The translations under genes and the position numbers were made by a program. A DNA stretch of 64,000 bases, taken from Akkermansia muciniphila (lineage in GTDB: Bacteria > Verrucomicrobiota > Verrucomicrobiia > Verrucomicrobiales > Akkermansiaceae). Below, piece by piece: positions 20,293 through 30,890 of the stretch. Every line of letters begins with the position of its first letter. Position 1 is the first letter of the stretch. The DNA lies in the NCBI GenBank assembly GCA_945860285.1, contig CAMAQB010000004.1, forward strand, positions 12,164 to 76,163, read 5' to 3'. The notes beneath the pieces are model-generated. The model saw nothing but the letters and a program-made list of their open reading frames with translations, had not been told where the DNA came from and did no database searches.

Positions 20293-20308
20293 TGGCATGG
20301 GCATTGCT
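20293..20308 (+). promoter_or_regulatory. Candidate sigma-54 (-24/-12) promoter TGGCATGGGCATTGCT
   Basis: Matches the TGGCACG-N4-TTGCW consensus with correct GG/GC spacing (GG 20294-95, GC 20306-07). It lies 32 nt upstream of the ATG at 20340. Confidence 0.45.
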
Positions 20309-20339
20309 TTGCAAGCGCAAGTACTGCATCCTCCCGCCC

Positions 20340-23300
20340 ATGCCGATTCACGTTTCACTGCACCACGTCACGCACTATCGATACGACAAGGAAATTTCCC
20401 TTGGTCCGCAAACGATCCGGTTGCGTCCGGCGCCGCATTCGCGCAGCAAGGTGATCGCCTACTCGCTGCGCGTCAGCCCGGGAGAACATTTCCTCAACTG
20501 GCAGCAGGATCCGCAGTCGAACTTCATGGCGCGACTGGTTTTTCCGGAAAAAACATCGGAGTTTCGGGTCGAGGTGGATCTGGTCGTCGAGATGGCCGTG
20601 TTCAATCCCTTTGATTTCTTTCTCGAACCGCAGGTCGAGCACGTGCCGTTTTCCTACGACCCCTCACTGACCCACGAGCTGGAACCATTCCGCAAGAAAT
20701 TGCCGCTCACGCCGTTGTTGTCGTTGTATGTGGAAAAGATCAGCGGCGAGATCCACAAAAACAGCATGCTGGCGAAGATGAATGCCAAGCCGGCGGCCAA
20801 GGGCGAAGAAGCGAAAACTCCCGGATACCGCACCATTGATTTCCTGGTCGCGTTGAATGCGCGATTGAACCGCGACATCAAGTACTGCATCCGCCTGGAA
20901 CCCGGCGTGCAGACACCGGAGGAGACCCTGGAAAAAAGCAGCGGCTCCTGCCGCGACTCGGCCTGGTTGATGTGCCAGATCCTGCGCCATCTCGGCTATG
21001 CCTCGCGCTTTGTCAGCGGCTACCTGATCCAGTTGAAAGCCGATCAAAAATCCCTCGACGGACCGAGTGGACCGGAGCAGGACTTCACCGACCTGCACGC
21101 CTGGTGCGAAATTTTCCTGCCCGGCGCCGGCTGGGTGGGGCTCGATCCGACATCGGGATTGTTTGCCAGCGAAGGCCACATTCCATTGGCCGCCACGCCC
21201 GAGCCTTCGAGTGCTTCGCCGATCACCGGTGCCATCGACCCCTGCGAATGCGAATTTTCCTTCGACATGGAAGTGGTGCGGGTCAAGGAAACCCCGCGGG
21301 TGACTCTGCCCTACACCGACGAACAATGGCTGGCGATAGACAGGCTTGGTCGGAAAGTCGATGAAGAACTCAAGAAAAACGATCTGCGCCTGACCATGGG
21401 TGGCGAGCCGACATTTGTCAGCATCGATGACATGGACGGCGACGAATGGAACACCGCCGCGATGGGTCCGACCAAACGCCTTCTCGCCGGACAGCTTGTC
21501 AAACGCCTGCGCGAAAAATTCTCCACCGGAGGATTCCTGCACTACGGCCAGGGCAAATGGTATCCCGGTGAACCGTTGCCGCGCTGGGCACTGGGTTGCT
21601 GGTGGCGCAAGGACGGCGAGCCGATCTGGCACGACGTTTCCTTGATCGCCGACGAAACCAAGGACTATGGACACGGCGAAAACGAAGCCCGAAAATTCGC
21701 GCAGCACCTCTCCGGATTGTTGGATGTTGACCCCGCTTTGCTGCTGCCCGCGTACGAGGATGTTTACTACTACCTCTGGCGGGAAAAACGCCTGCCGGGA
21801 AACGTCGACCCGCTGTCGAGCAACCTCAAAGACCCACTCGAACGCGAGCGGCTGGCGCGCATTTTCCACGACGGTCTCGGCAAAACCGTGGGCTTTGCCC
21901 TGCCCTTGCAGGCCGTTGTGAACGAAGGGAAAATCGAGTGGCGCAGCGGCCGCTGGTTCCTGCGCGACGAGCACATGTTTCTGGTTCCCGGCGATTCGCC
22001 GATGGGCTACCGGCTGCCGCTCGATTCACTGCCCTGGGTGAAGGAGGAGGAATTCCCCTTCCACGTGCCCGATGATCCGATGTCGCCGCGCACGGCGCTG
22101 CCCGCGAAACAACCGCTGCGCCAGGCACAGCAGCGGACCAGCGCAAACCCGGCCCCATCCCCTACCCAAGCCTACAAACCCGGCGAAACACTTGAGAAAT
22201 GGCGGGAACGTATCGGTCGCACGCTGCCGTCCGCCACAGACCGCCTGCCGCTGAAAGGAGAATCCGCACCATGGGTCGTGCGCCGCGCCATGTGCTTCGA
22301 ACCCCGCAACGGTCGTCTGCATCTTTTCCTGCCGCCGGTGCAATCCGCGGAGGAATTTCTCGAACTGGCCGGAGCGATTGAAGAAACCGCCCGAACCCTC
22401 AAAATTCCGGTGATCATCGAAGGTGAGCAACCGCCCTTCGATCCGCGCCTGCAGTATTTCAAAGTCACACCCGACCCCGGCGTGATCGAGGTCAACCTGC
22501 AACCCGCGGCGAGCTGGAAAGAACTGGCCGACAACACCACCATGCTTTACGATCAGGCGCGTCAATGCCGGCTGGGCACGGAAAAATTCCTGCTCGATGG
22601 CCGTCATGCCGGCACCGGCGGTGGCAACCACATCGTTCTCGGCGGTGAAATCCCGTCCGACTCCCCATTCCTGCGTCGACCCGACCTGCTGCGCTCCCTG
22701 TTAGGTTTCTGGCACAACCATCCCTCGTTGAGCTATCTGTTCAGCGGATTGTTCATCGGCCCCACCAGCCAGCATCCGCGGGTCGATGAAGCGCGCGACG
22801 ACGCTTTGTATGAACTCGAAATTGCCTTCGCGCAGATTCCCGACCACGGCCGCGTGCCGCCGTGGCTGGTCGACCGCGTGTTCCGCCATATTTTGACCGA
22901 CCTCACCGGCAACACCCACCGCGCCGAATTCTGCATCGACAAATTGTTTTCGCCCGACAGCAGCAGCGGACGGCTCGGCCTGGTCGAGCTGCGATCCTTT
23001 GAAATGCCGCCTCACGAGCGCATGAGCCTCGCCCAGCAGTTGCTGATCCGCACCGCGGTGGCGCGTTTCTGGAAAGCCCCGAACCACCTGCCGCTGGTGC
23101 GCTGGGGCACCGAACTGCACGACCGCTTCATGCTGCCGCATTTCGTCTGGCAGGATTTCCGCGATGTGATCGAAGACCTGCAACGCGAAGGTTATGAAAT
23201 GAAACCCGAATGGTTCGCTCCGCACAGCGAATTCCGTTTCCCGCTGATCGGCAGTTTCGCCCAACACGGCATGGAAGTCGAACTGCGCACCGCGCTCGAG

Positions 23301-23789
23301 CCATGGCACGTGCTCGGCGAAGAAGCCAGCGCCGGAGGCACCGCGCGCTACGTCGACAGCTCTCTGGAACGCATGCAAGTGAAAGTCACCGGCTGGGTTG
23401 ACCGCCGCTATGTCATCACCTGCAACGGACGACCAATGCCGATGCAGCCGACCGGCACCGCGGGTGAATACGTCGCCGGCGTGCGTTACCGCGCCTGGCA
23501 GCCGCCAAGCTGCCTGCAGCCGATGATCGGCGTACACGCGCCGCTGACATTCGACCTCATCGACACCTGGACGCAGCGCAGCATGGGCGGTTGTGTGTAT
23601 CACGTGACCCATCAGGGCGGCCTCAGTCACGAGCGATTCCCGGTCAATGCCGCCGAAGCCGAAAGCCGCCGCATGGCGCGCTTCTTCGCCTTCGGCCACA
23701 CCCCTGGAAGAATGGAGCCGATTGTCGAGCCGCGCAATCCCGTATTGCCTTTCACGCTCGACCTGCGCACGGGAATTTCATCGAAATAG
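20340..23789 (+). CDS. Large transglutaminase-family protein (Bact_transglu_N + transglutaminase core + DUF2126-like C-terminal region)
   Basis: [33 protein letters not shown], Cys-His-Asp contexts SGSCRDSAW / DLHAWCEIF / GLDPTSG, then a ~800-aa conserved extension. Start moved from 20220 to ATG 20340. Confidence 0.8.
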   Translation: MPIHVSLHHVTHYRYDKEISLGPQTIRLRPAPHSRSKVIAYSLRVSPGEHFLNWQQDPQSNFMARLVFPEKTSEFRVEVDLVVEMAVFNPFDFFLEPQVEHVPFSYDPSLTHELEPFRKKLPLTPLLSLYVEKISGEIHKNSMLAKMNAKPAAKGEEAKTPGYRTIDFLVALNARLNRDIKYCIRLEPGVQTPEETLEKSSGSCRDSAWLMCQILRHLGYASRFVSGYLIQLKADQKSLDGPSGPEQDFTDLHAWCEIFLPGAGWVGLDPTSGLFASEGHIPLAATPEPSSASPITGAIDPCECEFSFDMEVVRVKETPRVTLPYTDEQWLAIDRLGRKVDEELKKNDLRLTMGGEPTFVSIDDMDGDEWNTAAMGPTKRLLAGQLVKRLREKFSTGGFLHYGQGKWYPGEPLPRWALGCWWRKDGEPIWHDVSLIADETKDYGHGENEARKFAQHLSGLLDVDPALLLPAYEDVYYYLWREKRLPGNVDPLSSNLKDPLERERLARIFHDGLGKTVGFALPLQAVVNEGKIEWRSGRWFLRDEHMFLVPGDSPMGYRLPLDSLPWVKEEEFPFHVPDDPMSPRTALPAKQPLRQAQQRTSANPAPSPTQAYKPGETLEKWRERIGRTLPSATDRLPLKGESAPWVVRRAMCFEPRNGRLHLFLPPVQSAEEFLELAGAIEETARTLKIPVIIEGEQPPFDPRLQYFKVTPDPGVIEVNLQPAASWKELADNTTMLYDQARQCRLGTEKFLLDGRHAGTGGGNHIVLGGEIPSDSPFLRRPDLLRSLLGFWHNHPSLSYLFSGLFIGPTSQHPRVDEARDDALYELEIAFAQIPDHGRVPPWLVDRVFRHILTDLTGNTHRAEFCIDKLFSPDSSSGRLGLVELRSFEMPPHERMSLAQQLLIRTAVARFWKAPNHLPLVRWGTELHDRFMLPHFVWQDFRDVIEDLQREGYEMKPEWFAPHSEFRFPLIGSFAQHGMEVELRTALEPWHVLGEEASAGGTARYVDSSLERMQVKVTGWVDRRYVITCNGRPMPMQPTGTAGEYVAGVRYRAWQPPSCLQPMIGVHAPLTFDLIDTWTQRSMGGCVYHVTHQGGLSHERFPVNAAEAESRRMARFFAFGHTPGRMEPIVEPRNPVLPFTLDLRTGISSK

Positions 23790-23838
23790 AATTGCGCGGC
23801 AGCCGCGAATCATCCACATTTCTCTACCATACCAACCC

Positions 23839-26379
23839 ATGGAAATGTCGCAGCGCCAACAAGCACCGGGCATGGTTTCGACCATGACATCCGCAGGCGC
23901 GCCCGACCCGCCGTTTTCCTATCGGCCGATCCCCGGAGTGTGGGATGAAATGTTTGAAGCCAACGGCGTGGTGCGGGCGCACTGGCAGAAATTCCACGCC
24001 ATGCTCTCCGAACTTGGAGTGCAGGGAATGCAAAATCACAGCGGCACGGTTGCACGGTTGTTGCACGATCACGGGGCGACGTACAACGCCTTTCAAGACA
24101 CCGGTGCGGCGGGCCGACCGTGGTCCCTCGATGCGATGCCGGTGCTGCTGGCGACCGAGGATTTTGCCGGTATCGAAAAAGGATTGCAGCAACGCACGCG
24201 GCTGTTTCACGCCATGATCCGGGACATTTATGGTCCGCAGCGCATGTTGTACCTCGGCTGGCTTCCGCCGCGGCTGTTGCACGCAAACCCCGGTTACTTG
24301 CGACAGATCCAGGACATTCCGCCGTCCGACCGCATGTTATTCACCATTGCCACGGATCTGATTCGCGGACCTAGCGGGTCCTGGCAGGTGCTGGCTGATC
24401 GCTGCCAGATGCCCAACGGCCTCGGCTATTCTCTCGAAAACCGCATCGTGCTTTCGCAAATTTTTCCGCGAGAATTCAAGGAATGCCGGGTGCAGCGGCT
24501 GGCGTCGTTTTTCGAACGCGAGCGCGACATCATGCGTGAACTGTCGCCAGCCAATCGCTCGCAGCCGAATGTGGTGATGGTCACTCCGGGTCCTCAGGAC
24601 CGCGGTTATTTCGAACATGCCTTCAAGGCCCGCTATCTGGGATTCTCGCTGGTCGAAGGAGCGGACCTCACCGTGCGCGACACCCGCCTCTATCTCAAAA
24701 CCCTCGAGGGCCTGCGCCAGGTCGATGTGCTGATCCGGCGGATGGAAGATCGATTTTGTGACTCGTTGGAACTGGATGCCGATGCCTGGACCGGAGTGCC
24801 CGGATTGCTGGAAGCCTGGCGCAATGGCAAGGTCAGCATCGCCAACGGCATTGGCACCGGAGTGCTTGAAGCACCGGCCTGGCTGCCGTTTTTATCGGGG
24901 CTTTGCCGCAACCTGTTGGGCGAGGAATTGCTCATTCCCGCCGTGCCGACCTGGTGGTGCGGCCAACAAAGAGAGCGCGAGATGGTTCTGGCCAACCCGC
25001 GCCGCTGGGTGTTCAAGCGCGCCTACTGCGGGGCGGACCGGCCTTCGCAGGCGGCGGCGAATCTCGATGACGCCGATCTAACGAAACTGATCGCGGCGAT
25101 CCGCGCCCAGCCAGAGGAATGGGTGGCTCAGGAAATGCAAACGCTGTCGAGCGCACCGATGTGGACGGGCTCCGGTCTGCAACCGCGCTCGTTTGTGCTG
25201 CGGACATTTTCGTGCAGTTCCCGGCAGGAATGCCACGTTATGCCCGGCGCACTCGGACGGGTGAGCCCGCAAAAAGAGGGATTCCTGGTGTCGATCGAAG
25301 CCGGCGCCATCAGCAAGGATGTGTGGGTGATCGCAGCGGGCGAAGTGGATCAAAAAACCCTGCTCGGTGCGCAACCGGAGGTGCTGCGTGTGGCCCGGCT
25401 GCCCGGAGCCGTGCCGAGCCGCATGGCGGATCATCTGTTCTGGCTGGGCCGCTACGCCGAGAGGATGGAGCAAACCTCGCGCATGCTGCGGATGTTGTGT
25501 CAGCGGCTTGGTGGCGAAGGCATCAAGGACCAGTCGCGCGAACTTGCCCTGGGCCTGCGGCTTGCCAGGGAAGTTGAATTGACCGACTTCCCGCACGACG
25601 AAACAAGAAAGGCGACCGCCATCCAGCAAGAGATCCACGACCTGTTGGAAAACCCCGCGCGCAAGGGCAGCGTGGCCTTTCTCTCCGACCGGCTGCGTTT
25701 CAATGCGGCGGCGGCGCGCGACCGGTTGTCCGACGACACCTGGCGTTTGTTCAACTACCTGTTCAACGAATCATCCGCCCCGTCGCAATGCCATTCCGCG
25801 ACAGACATGATTGCCAAACTCAACCGCATCATCCTCGACATGGCGACCTTCAGCGGCATGCAGAGCGAGAACATGGTGCAGGGACATGGCTGGCGGTTTT
25901 TGGAGATCGGACGACGCATCGAACGCGGCATGGCGAGTGCCGTTTACAATCGCGCTGCGATTGTCATCTCTGCCGGGGACGACAGCGTGCTCGGACCGAT
26001 GCTGGAGATCTTCGACAGTTCCATGACCTACCGGCGGCATCATTTCGCACGACCCAAGCTGTTGTTTGTTCTTGACCTGCTGATGCTGAACGCAGCGAAC
26101 CCTCGCTCGCTCTCCTTCCAGTTGGAGGCCATGTACCGGCAAGTGCTGCTGCTGCCCAAGGGCTCGTCGGTTCACGGTGCTGAAAAAGCCGTGGAGGAAG
26201 TCGAGAAAATGCGCGGCATGCTCGGAGAGATCGATCTGATGGCGATGGAGCCCAACACCTCGACAAGGGAAATCTTATCGAAGCTCTGCGAAACCCTTTC
26301 TAACGAACTGGAGAAATTCTCCAACCAGCTCACCGAGCATTACTTCAGTCACACCAAGCGGCGTTCGCGGCAGTCATGA
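23839..26379 (+). CDS. Fusion protein: circularly permuted type-2 ATP-grasp domain + alpha-E domain
   Basis: The N-terminal ~480 aa resembles the CP ATP-grasp (DUF404/DUF407) family. The C-terminal part begins with SRMADHLFWLGRYAERMEQTSRML, the alpha-E hallmark. One uninterrupted frame. Start set at ATG 23839; the track ORF starts inside the upstream gene. Confidence 0.75.
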   Translation: MEMSQRQQAPGMVSTMTSAGAPDPPFSYRPIPGVWDEMFEANGVVRAHWQKFHAMLSELGVQGMQNHSGTVARLLHDHGATYNAFQDTGAAGRPWSLDAMPVLLATEDFAGIEKGLQQRTRLFHAMIRDIYGPQRMLYLGWLPPRLLHANPGYLRQIQDIPPSDRMLFTIATDLIRGPSGSWQVLADRCQMPNGLGYSLENRIVLSQIFPREFKECRVQRLASFFERERDIMRELSPANRSQPNVVMVTPGPQDRGYFEHAFKARYLGFSLVEGADLTVRDTRLYLKTLEGLRQVDVLIRRMEDRFCDSLELDADAWTGVPGLLEAWRNGKVSIANGIGTGVLEAPAWLPFLSGLCRNLLGEELLIPAVPTWWCGQQREREMVLANPRRWVFKRAYCGADRPSQAAANLDDADLTKLIAAIRAQPEEWVAQEMQTLSSAPMWTGSGLQPRSFVLRTFSCSSRQECHVMPGALGRVSPQKEGFLVSIEAGAISKDVWVIAAGEVDQKTLLGAQPEVLRVARLPGAVPSRMADHLFWLGRYAERMEQTSRMLRMLCQRLGGEGIKDQSRELALGLRLAREVELTDFPHDETRKATAIQQEIHDLLENPARKGSVAFLSDRLRFNAAAARDRLSDDTWRLFNYLFNESSAPSQCHSATDMIAKLNRIILDMATFSGMQSENMVQGHGWRFLEIGRRIERGMASAVYNRAAIVISAGDDSVLGPMLEIFDSSMTYRRHHFARPKLLFVLDLLMLNAANPRSLSFQLEAMYRQVLLLPKGSSVHGAEKAVEEVEKMRGMLGEIDLMAMEPNTSTREILSKLCETLSNELEKFSNQLTEHYFSHTKRRSRQS

Positions 26380-27254
26380 AATATCAAATCATTCACAGCA
26401 CGATATGCCAGTATGACAGCCCGGTCAGCGTGTGTCATTATCATGCGAAATTGATACCGCGGCGGCTGCCCTATCAGAACTGTCCGTGGCATGAAATGAC
26501 CATCCATCCCGAACCGCTGCAACGCTATGTCAGGCAGGATGCATTTGGCAACGCGACGATGTATTTCGAAATCGAGGGCTCCCATGAGGAACTGGAGGTC
26601 ATTTCCAAAAGCCTCGTGGAACTGGAAACGTATCCGTCACCGGACAGAAAAAACACGCCTTGCTGGGAATTGATCCGCGATGCCTGCAACTCATTGCACT
26701 GGAACAATGCATCCCCCGCCGGCGAGTTCGCCTGCTCCTCGCCACTGGTCAGAACCAATGAGACCCTGCGAAACTACGCGCTCACGAGCTTTCCCGCCAA
26801 CTGCCCAGTACTTTCGGGCGTGCTGCATCTCAACCACAGGATTTTCACGGAATTCACCTTCGACCCCATGGCCACCAATGTCGCCACTCTGATGGAGGAA
26901 GCATGGGAAAAAAAACGCGGAGTCTGTCAGGACTATGCCCACGTGATGATCGGATGCCTGCGCAGCATTGGCCTGCCGGCCCGCTACGTGAGCGGCTACC
27001 TCGAAACCCTGCCGCCGCAGGGCAAGCAAAAACTCATCGGTGCCGATGCCTCCCATGCCTGGCTTTCGGTGTGGTGCGGCGAGGCACTCGGCTGGATCGA
27101 TGTCGATCCCACCAACGACATCATGCCATCCACCCGACACATCACCCTTGCATGGGGACGCGACTTCAGCGATGTCAGCCCGCTGCGCGGCGTGACCCTT
27201 GGCGCGGGCAATCAGAAAATCCTCGTCGCGGTGGACGTGACGCCGGAAATCTAA
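26376..27254 (+). CDS. Transglutaminase-family protein (Bact_transglu_N + transglutaminase core)
   Basis: MKYQIIHSTICQYDSPVSVCHYHAKLIPR; triad contexts GVCQDYAHVMIGCLRSIGLPARYVSGY / SHAWLSVW / DVDPTND. ATGA start/stop overlap with the upstream gene. Confidence 0.85.
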   Translation: MKYQIIHSTICQYDSPVSVCHYHAKLIPRRLPYQNCPWHEMTIHPEPLQRYVRQDAFGNATMYFEIEGSHEELEVISKSLVELETYPSPDRKNTPCWELIRDACNSLHWNNASPAGEFACSSPLVRTNETLRNYALTSFPANCPVLSGVLHLNHRIFTEFTFDPMATNVATLMEEAWEKKRGVCQDYAHVMIGCLRSIGLPARYVSGYLETLPPQGKQKLIGADASHAWLSVWCGEALGWIDVDPTNDIMPSTRHITLAWGRDFSDVSPLRGVTLGAGNQKILVAVDVTPEI

Positions 27255-27258
27255 CAAC

Positions 27259-28116
27259 TCAGGCGCGGGACTTCGCGTAACCGCGCAGGAATCCCGCGCA
27301 CTGCGAAATGTCGGGAAGGTTGTCGGCCCAATTGTGCTCGTACTCGATCGACACGTTGCCCTTGAAGCCGTGCTTGCGCACCTCGTCGAGAATGGCAACA
27401 AGATCGACGAGCCCGGTGCCGAACTCCTGATCATGGGTCGGCCCGGTGAGGCTGGCGCGATCCTTCATGTGAAACGAATGCACATGGGGCGCGATTTTCT
27501 TGATGACATCAAGAGGATTCAACCCTGACGAAGCCCAGTGACCGAGGTCGGCGCAATAGCCGATGTTGGCATGACGACCCTTGAGGGCATTGAATACCGT
27601 GTCGGGATTCCAAAGCGGAGTGGGTTTCGGATGATTGTGAAAACAGACTTTCATGTCATATTCCTGGCTCAGTTTTTCCAACAAATCGAGCGCGCCGAGT
27701 GACTCGGTGGTGATGCCATACACACCGAGGGCCTTGCCGAATTCGAAAAACTTCCGTGCTGCCGCCTCGTTGTTGGGGATGTCCACCACGCCGAAATTGA
27801 CGACCGCGATACTGTGTTTTTTCGCGTGTTCGAGCAGCGCCGTGATCGATTCCGCAGGCATGTTTACACCGACCTTGATGTTCTTTTGCTCCGGACTCAG
27901 CGACTGGCCCTCGAAAACCTCCACGCCCTGCGCGCCGGCAGCGGCTGCTTTTTCAATCGCCTCGAACAACGTGAAATTCTTGAGCGACCAGCACTGGACG
28001 GAAATCGTGAAGCCCGCCGTGGTCTGGGTGGCGGGATCGATAGCCTTGCCAAAAGTGCTGTTGGCTCCGGCTGCGAGAACGGCGGGGGCGAGTGTTAGAA
28101 GATGTCGGCGTTTCAT
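27259..28116 (-). CDS. Sugar phosphate isomerase/epimerase (xylose isomerase-like TIM barrel), secreted
   Basis: Signal MKRRHLLTLAPAVLAAGANS, plus an IEYEHN-type C-terminal metal-site motif and the overall pattern of the AP endonuclease 2/xylose isomerase-like TIM-barrel family. Confidence 0.65.
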   Translation of the reverse strand: MKRRHLLTLAPAVLAAGANSTFGKAIDPATQTTAGFTISVQCWSLKNFTLFEAIEKAAAAGAQGVEVFEGQSLSPEQKNIKVGVNMPAESITALLEHAKKHSIAVVNFGVVDIPNNEAAARKFFEFGKALGVYGITTESLGALDLLEKLSQEYDMKVCFHNHPKPTPLWNPDTVFNALKGRHANIGYCADLGHWASSGLNPLDVIKKIAPHVHSFHMKDRASLTGPTHDQEFGTGLVDLVAILDEVRKHGFKGNVSIEYEHNWADNLPDISQCAGFLRGYAKSRA

Positions 28117-28185
28117 GAATGAATGAGTTGAGTATGGATTGCCGCAGCTCTACGTTGCCACGCCCTGGGATATTTCAGCCAGCGC

Positions 28186-29946
28186 TCAACATACCGCGCG
28201 ATGCCGCCTCACCAGCAAAAATGCTGCCAGACAAATCGACAGCAGCGATTGTGGTTCCGGGATCGAAGCGATTGACCAGGCCAGCCCGTAGTCGGTTGCG
28301 AACACCGGTTGGGCGGCGGTGTTGTAATTCTGCCCGTCCCATACCACGCGGAACTGGTAATTTCCGGCCTCCGCAAGAGTCATGCGCAGATGTTCGACCG
28401 TGCCGAAGGGCGACTCCGAGCGTCCGATGAGTTGATCGCCATTGACGGCATCGAGCCTCCAGATTTCCAGAGATAAATTGCTCAGTGCCACGTCCTCCGC
28501 TCTGGACAAGTCCACACCGAGCCCCCGTTGCGCATACCAGGTCAGCACCGCCGACATTTCACTTCCCGCAGCGAGAGTCTGCGCGAGCGTGTAGATGTTC
28601 GCCCCCGCTTGGATCGTGCCGAGATCCCAGCCGGAATTCGCCACCGCACCCGAACCGCCGCCACCGGCAACTCCGAGAGTCGTCTGACCGTCGGTCATGT
28701 ATATGGATGGGGCCAGCAACTGGCTGCTGCCGAGGTAAATGTCGTGGCTGTTCCTCAGATCGAGGGCACCCGCGCCGCTCGCATAATCCAATGCCTGCAG
28801 TGTGCGGGTGACGGTTCCATCGAGAAACTGTCCGTTGTTCCAGCCAATCGTCGGTGTCGCACCCGCCATCAAAACGGACTTGATGACCAGCGGATGGGTC
28901 ATTTCCGCAATCCCGAATGCCTTTCCGGCATCGACCAGCAGCGCGGCCGCTCCCGCCACAATCGGCGCGGAAAAACTGGTGCCGGACATGTCGCCAATGT
29001 AGTAGTCACCACTGCCACCGGTCGGATCGGTGCCCGCCACATGGCCGCCTGTCCTTCCACCATAAAATGCCAACGTAAGATTGTCGCCGGGGGCCGCAAT
29101 GTCGACTGTGGCCCGCAGGCCCGGCGTGGTGATGCCGCTTTGCGGATTGTATGCGGCACTCGGCGCGCGGCTGGAAAAATCAGCGACCGTGTCATAGGCC
29201 AGATGCTGCGCGGAATTCGTCAGCGCCGCCACGGTGATGCCGTTGTAACCCGTGCCGGGACCGCCGACGGAATCACTCCCGGGGCCCGAATTCCCTGCGG
29301 AAAAAACCCCCACCACCTGATGGGCGCTCAACAAGGCATCGATGGCAATCGTTTCCTCGGCACTGCCCGCAGAATCCCCATACACCCAACTGCTGTTGAT
29401 CACGTCCGCATTTTGTCCGGAAATACCGGTCTGCGTCGCCGTGCGATATGCGTAGAGGAAACTGTTGTCGGTGTTCGAAAAGGAACCGGTGTATTGAACA
29501 AACGGAGCCGCGCTCCACGATGTCGCGATCGCCCCCGACCACATTGTCGCCAGCGGAGCGATTCCCACTTGGTAGGTATACAAACCACTGCCGCCGATCG
29601 TCTGACCGACCATCGTCGCATGCCAGTCGGCCTGGCCGAGTTGCGTGCCGATGATCGATGGATTGTAGATTGTCTGAGCGATGCGTCCGCTCAAACTTTG
29701 ATGGCCCGACCAAATCGTGCCCGCTTCGATATTGGCGACGATCGCCCGCTGACCGCCAAAACCCTGGTCGTAAAAAACATCGGCACCAATCGCCTCATTG
29801 ATCCAAACTCCGTTGAGAATATTGGTTCCTCCGAAACTGCTGACAATTGCATGGCTCGGATCGGGAACTGCCACAAGCAGAGATGATGTCACGGCAATCA
29901 ACCCGCGCAGCCCGGTTCGCTTCGCTTGGAATTGGAAAGTTTTCAT
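28186..29946 (-). CDS. S8 (subtilisin-like) peptidase with C-terminal PEP-CTERM sorting signal
   Basis: HATMVGQTIGG (His motif), GTSFSAPIVAGAAALL (Ser motif), and C-terminal IPEPQSLLSICLAAFLLVRRHR (PEP + TM + basic cluster). Start set at ATG 29946 (MKTFQFQAKRTGLRGLIAVTSSLLVAV). Confidence 0.75.
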   Translation of the reverse strand: MKTFQFQAKRTGLRGLIAVTSSLLVAVPDPSHAIVSSFGGTNILNGVWINEAIGADVFYDQGFGGQRAIVANIEAGTIWSGHQSLSGRIAQTIYNPSIIGTQLGQADWHATMVGQTIGGSGLYTYQVGIAPLATMWSGAIATSWSAAPFVQYTGSFSNTDNSFLYAYRTATQTGISGQNADVINSSWVYGDSAGSAEETIAIDALLSAHQVVGVFSAGNSGPGSDSVGGPGTGYNGITVAALTNSAQHLAYDTVADFSSRAPSAAYNPQSGITTPGLRATVDIAAPGDNLTLAFYGGRTGGHVAGTDPTGGSGDYYIGDMSGTSFSAPIVAGAAALLVDAGKAFGIAEMTHPLVIKSVLMAGATPTIGWNNGQFLDGTVTRTLQALDYASGAGALDLRNSHDIYLGSSQLLAPSIYMTDGQTTLGVAGGGGSGAVANSGWDLGTIQAGANIYTLAQTLAAGSEMSAVLTWYAQRGLGVDLSRAEDVALSNLSLEIWRLDAVNGDQLIGRSESPFGTVEHLRMTLAEAGNYQFRVVWDGQNYNTAAQPVFATDYGLAWSIASIPEPQSLLSICLAAFLLVRRHRAVC

Positions 29947-30093
29947 TTGCTCTTCGTGCATTCCCGGCGTCACATTTCAAAACGGCCGGAGCCGATTCAA
30001 CAACCAAAACAATTCAAAGTTGTTTGGATTATTAATACAATTTTTGCGCCGGCGCAAGTGGATTTGGTGAATGCCGACAGACGCGCTAACGCA

Positions 30094-30504
30094 TCAAGCG
30101 GGCTGGCTGACCTCGTTCTGATGAAGCACGCGCAGCGGCACGCGGACCAGCACCCGACCGTCAAAACGGATGTCGAAGTGATAAACGCCGGCTTTGGCCA
30201 CCGTGCCCTGCAGGGGCGTAATCAGATTCTGCGTCGAAAAGGCCGTCGCGCCATCGGGCATGTTCACCTGCATGTCCGACTCCTCTTTTGCCTGGGCCGG
30301 TGCTGTTTCGGAGTCATCGACGAGCATGATCGAAAACTTGTGCGAGCCGTGATCCGCAGCCGTGAAGCAGAAGCGCAGCGCGAGGCTGAAGGAGAAACGG
30401 GCGGGAAAATTTTGCGCGACAATTGCGTCAAAGGCTCCAATCACATTCAATTTCCCCTGGTTTTCCAAGGCCGAATCACAAAGGGTTGCGACAAGTAGTT
30501 CCAT
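30094..30504 (-). CDS. Hypothetical protein (136 aa)
   Basis: ORF with codon usage like its neighbours; MELLVATLCDSALENQGKLNVIGAFDAIV... No family assigned with confidence. Start at ATG 30504. Confidence 0.5.
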   Translation of the reverse strand: MELLVATLCDSALENQGKLNVIGAFDAIVAQNFPARFSFSLALRFCFTAADHGSHKFSIMLVDDSETAPAQAKEESDMQVNMPDGATAFSTQNLITPLQGTVAKAGVYHFDIRFDGRVLVRVPLRVLHQNEVSQPA

Positions 30505-30597
30505 ACGAGCGCCAGAATTAGCAAAACACAGTCCGGGCACAACTACAAAATGCGCACTTTGCGTGCTCGATCAGCGTGACAAGAACAAATGCCACCA

Positions 30598-30768
30598 TTA
30601 CTCCGCCAATCCTCTGGCTTGTGCGCCGTCCTCGTCGAAAAGGATCACCATCGGCCGACAGCAGATTTCGCAGTCGTAGTCCCATTCGGCGGGAATTTCC
30701 GCCAGACCGGGGCCGGCAACTTCGAAGTACTCGCCACAGGCGGGGCACATGACCAGGGAGGTTTCCAT
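30598..30768 (-). CDS. CPXCG motif-containing cysteine-rich small protein
   Basis: METSLVMCPACGEYFEV...WDYDCEICCRPMVILF has CPxCG plus a CxxCC zinc-ribbon-like pair, typical of this small-protein family. Confidence 0.6.
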   Translation of the reverse strand: METSLVMCPACGEYFEVAGPGLAEIPAEWDYDCEICCRPMVILFDEDGAQARGLAE

Positions 30769-30890
30769 GGCCCAGACTGACACAGGAGCAAAAAAAACTC
30801 AACTCTGGCTTTGACCAACCTGCAAAAAGATGCCATTCTAACTCTCGAACGCAAGCAAGCTTGCGAAATTCCAACTAACATTCCACAAAT

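Noticed and set aside
20664-23699. Minus-strand ORFs 20664-21974 and 22701-23699
   Set aside because: Both are shadows of the 1149-aa transglutaminase/DUF2126 gene.
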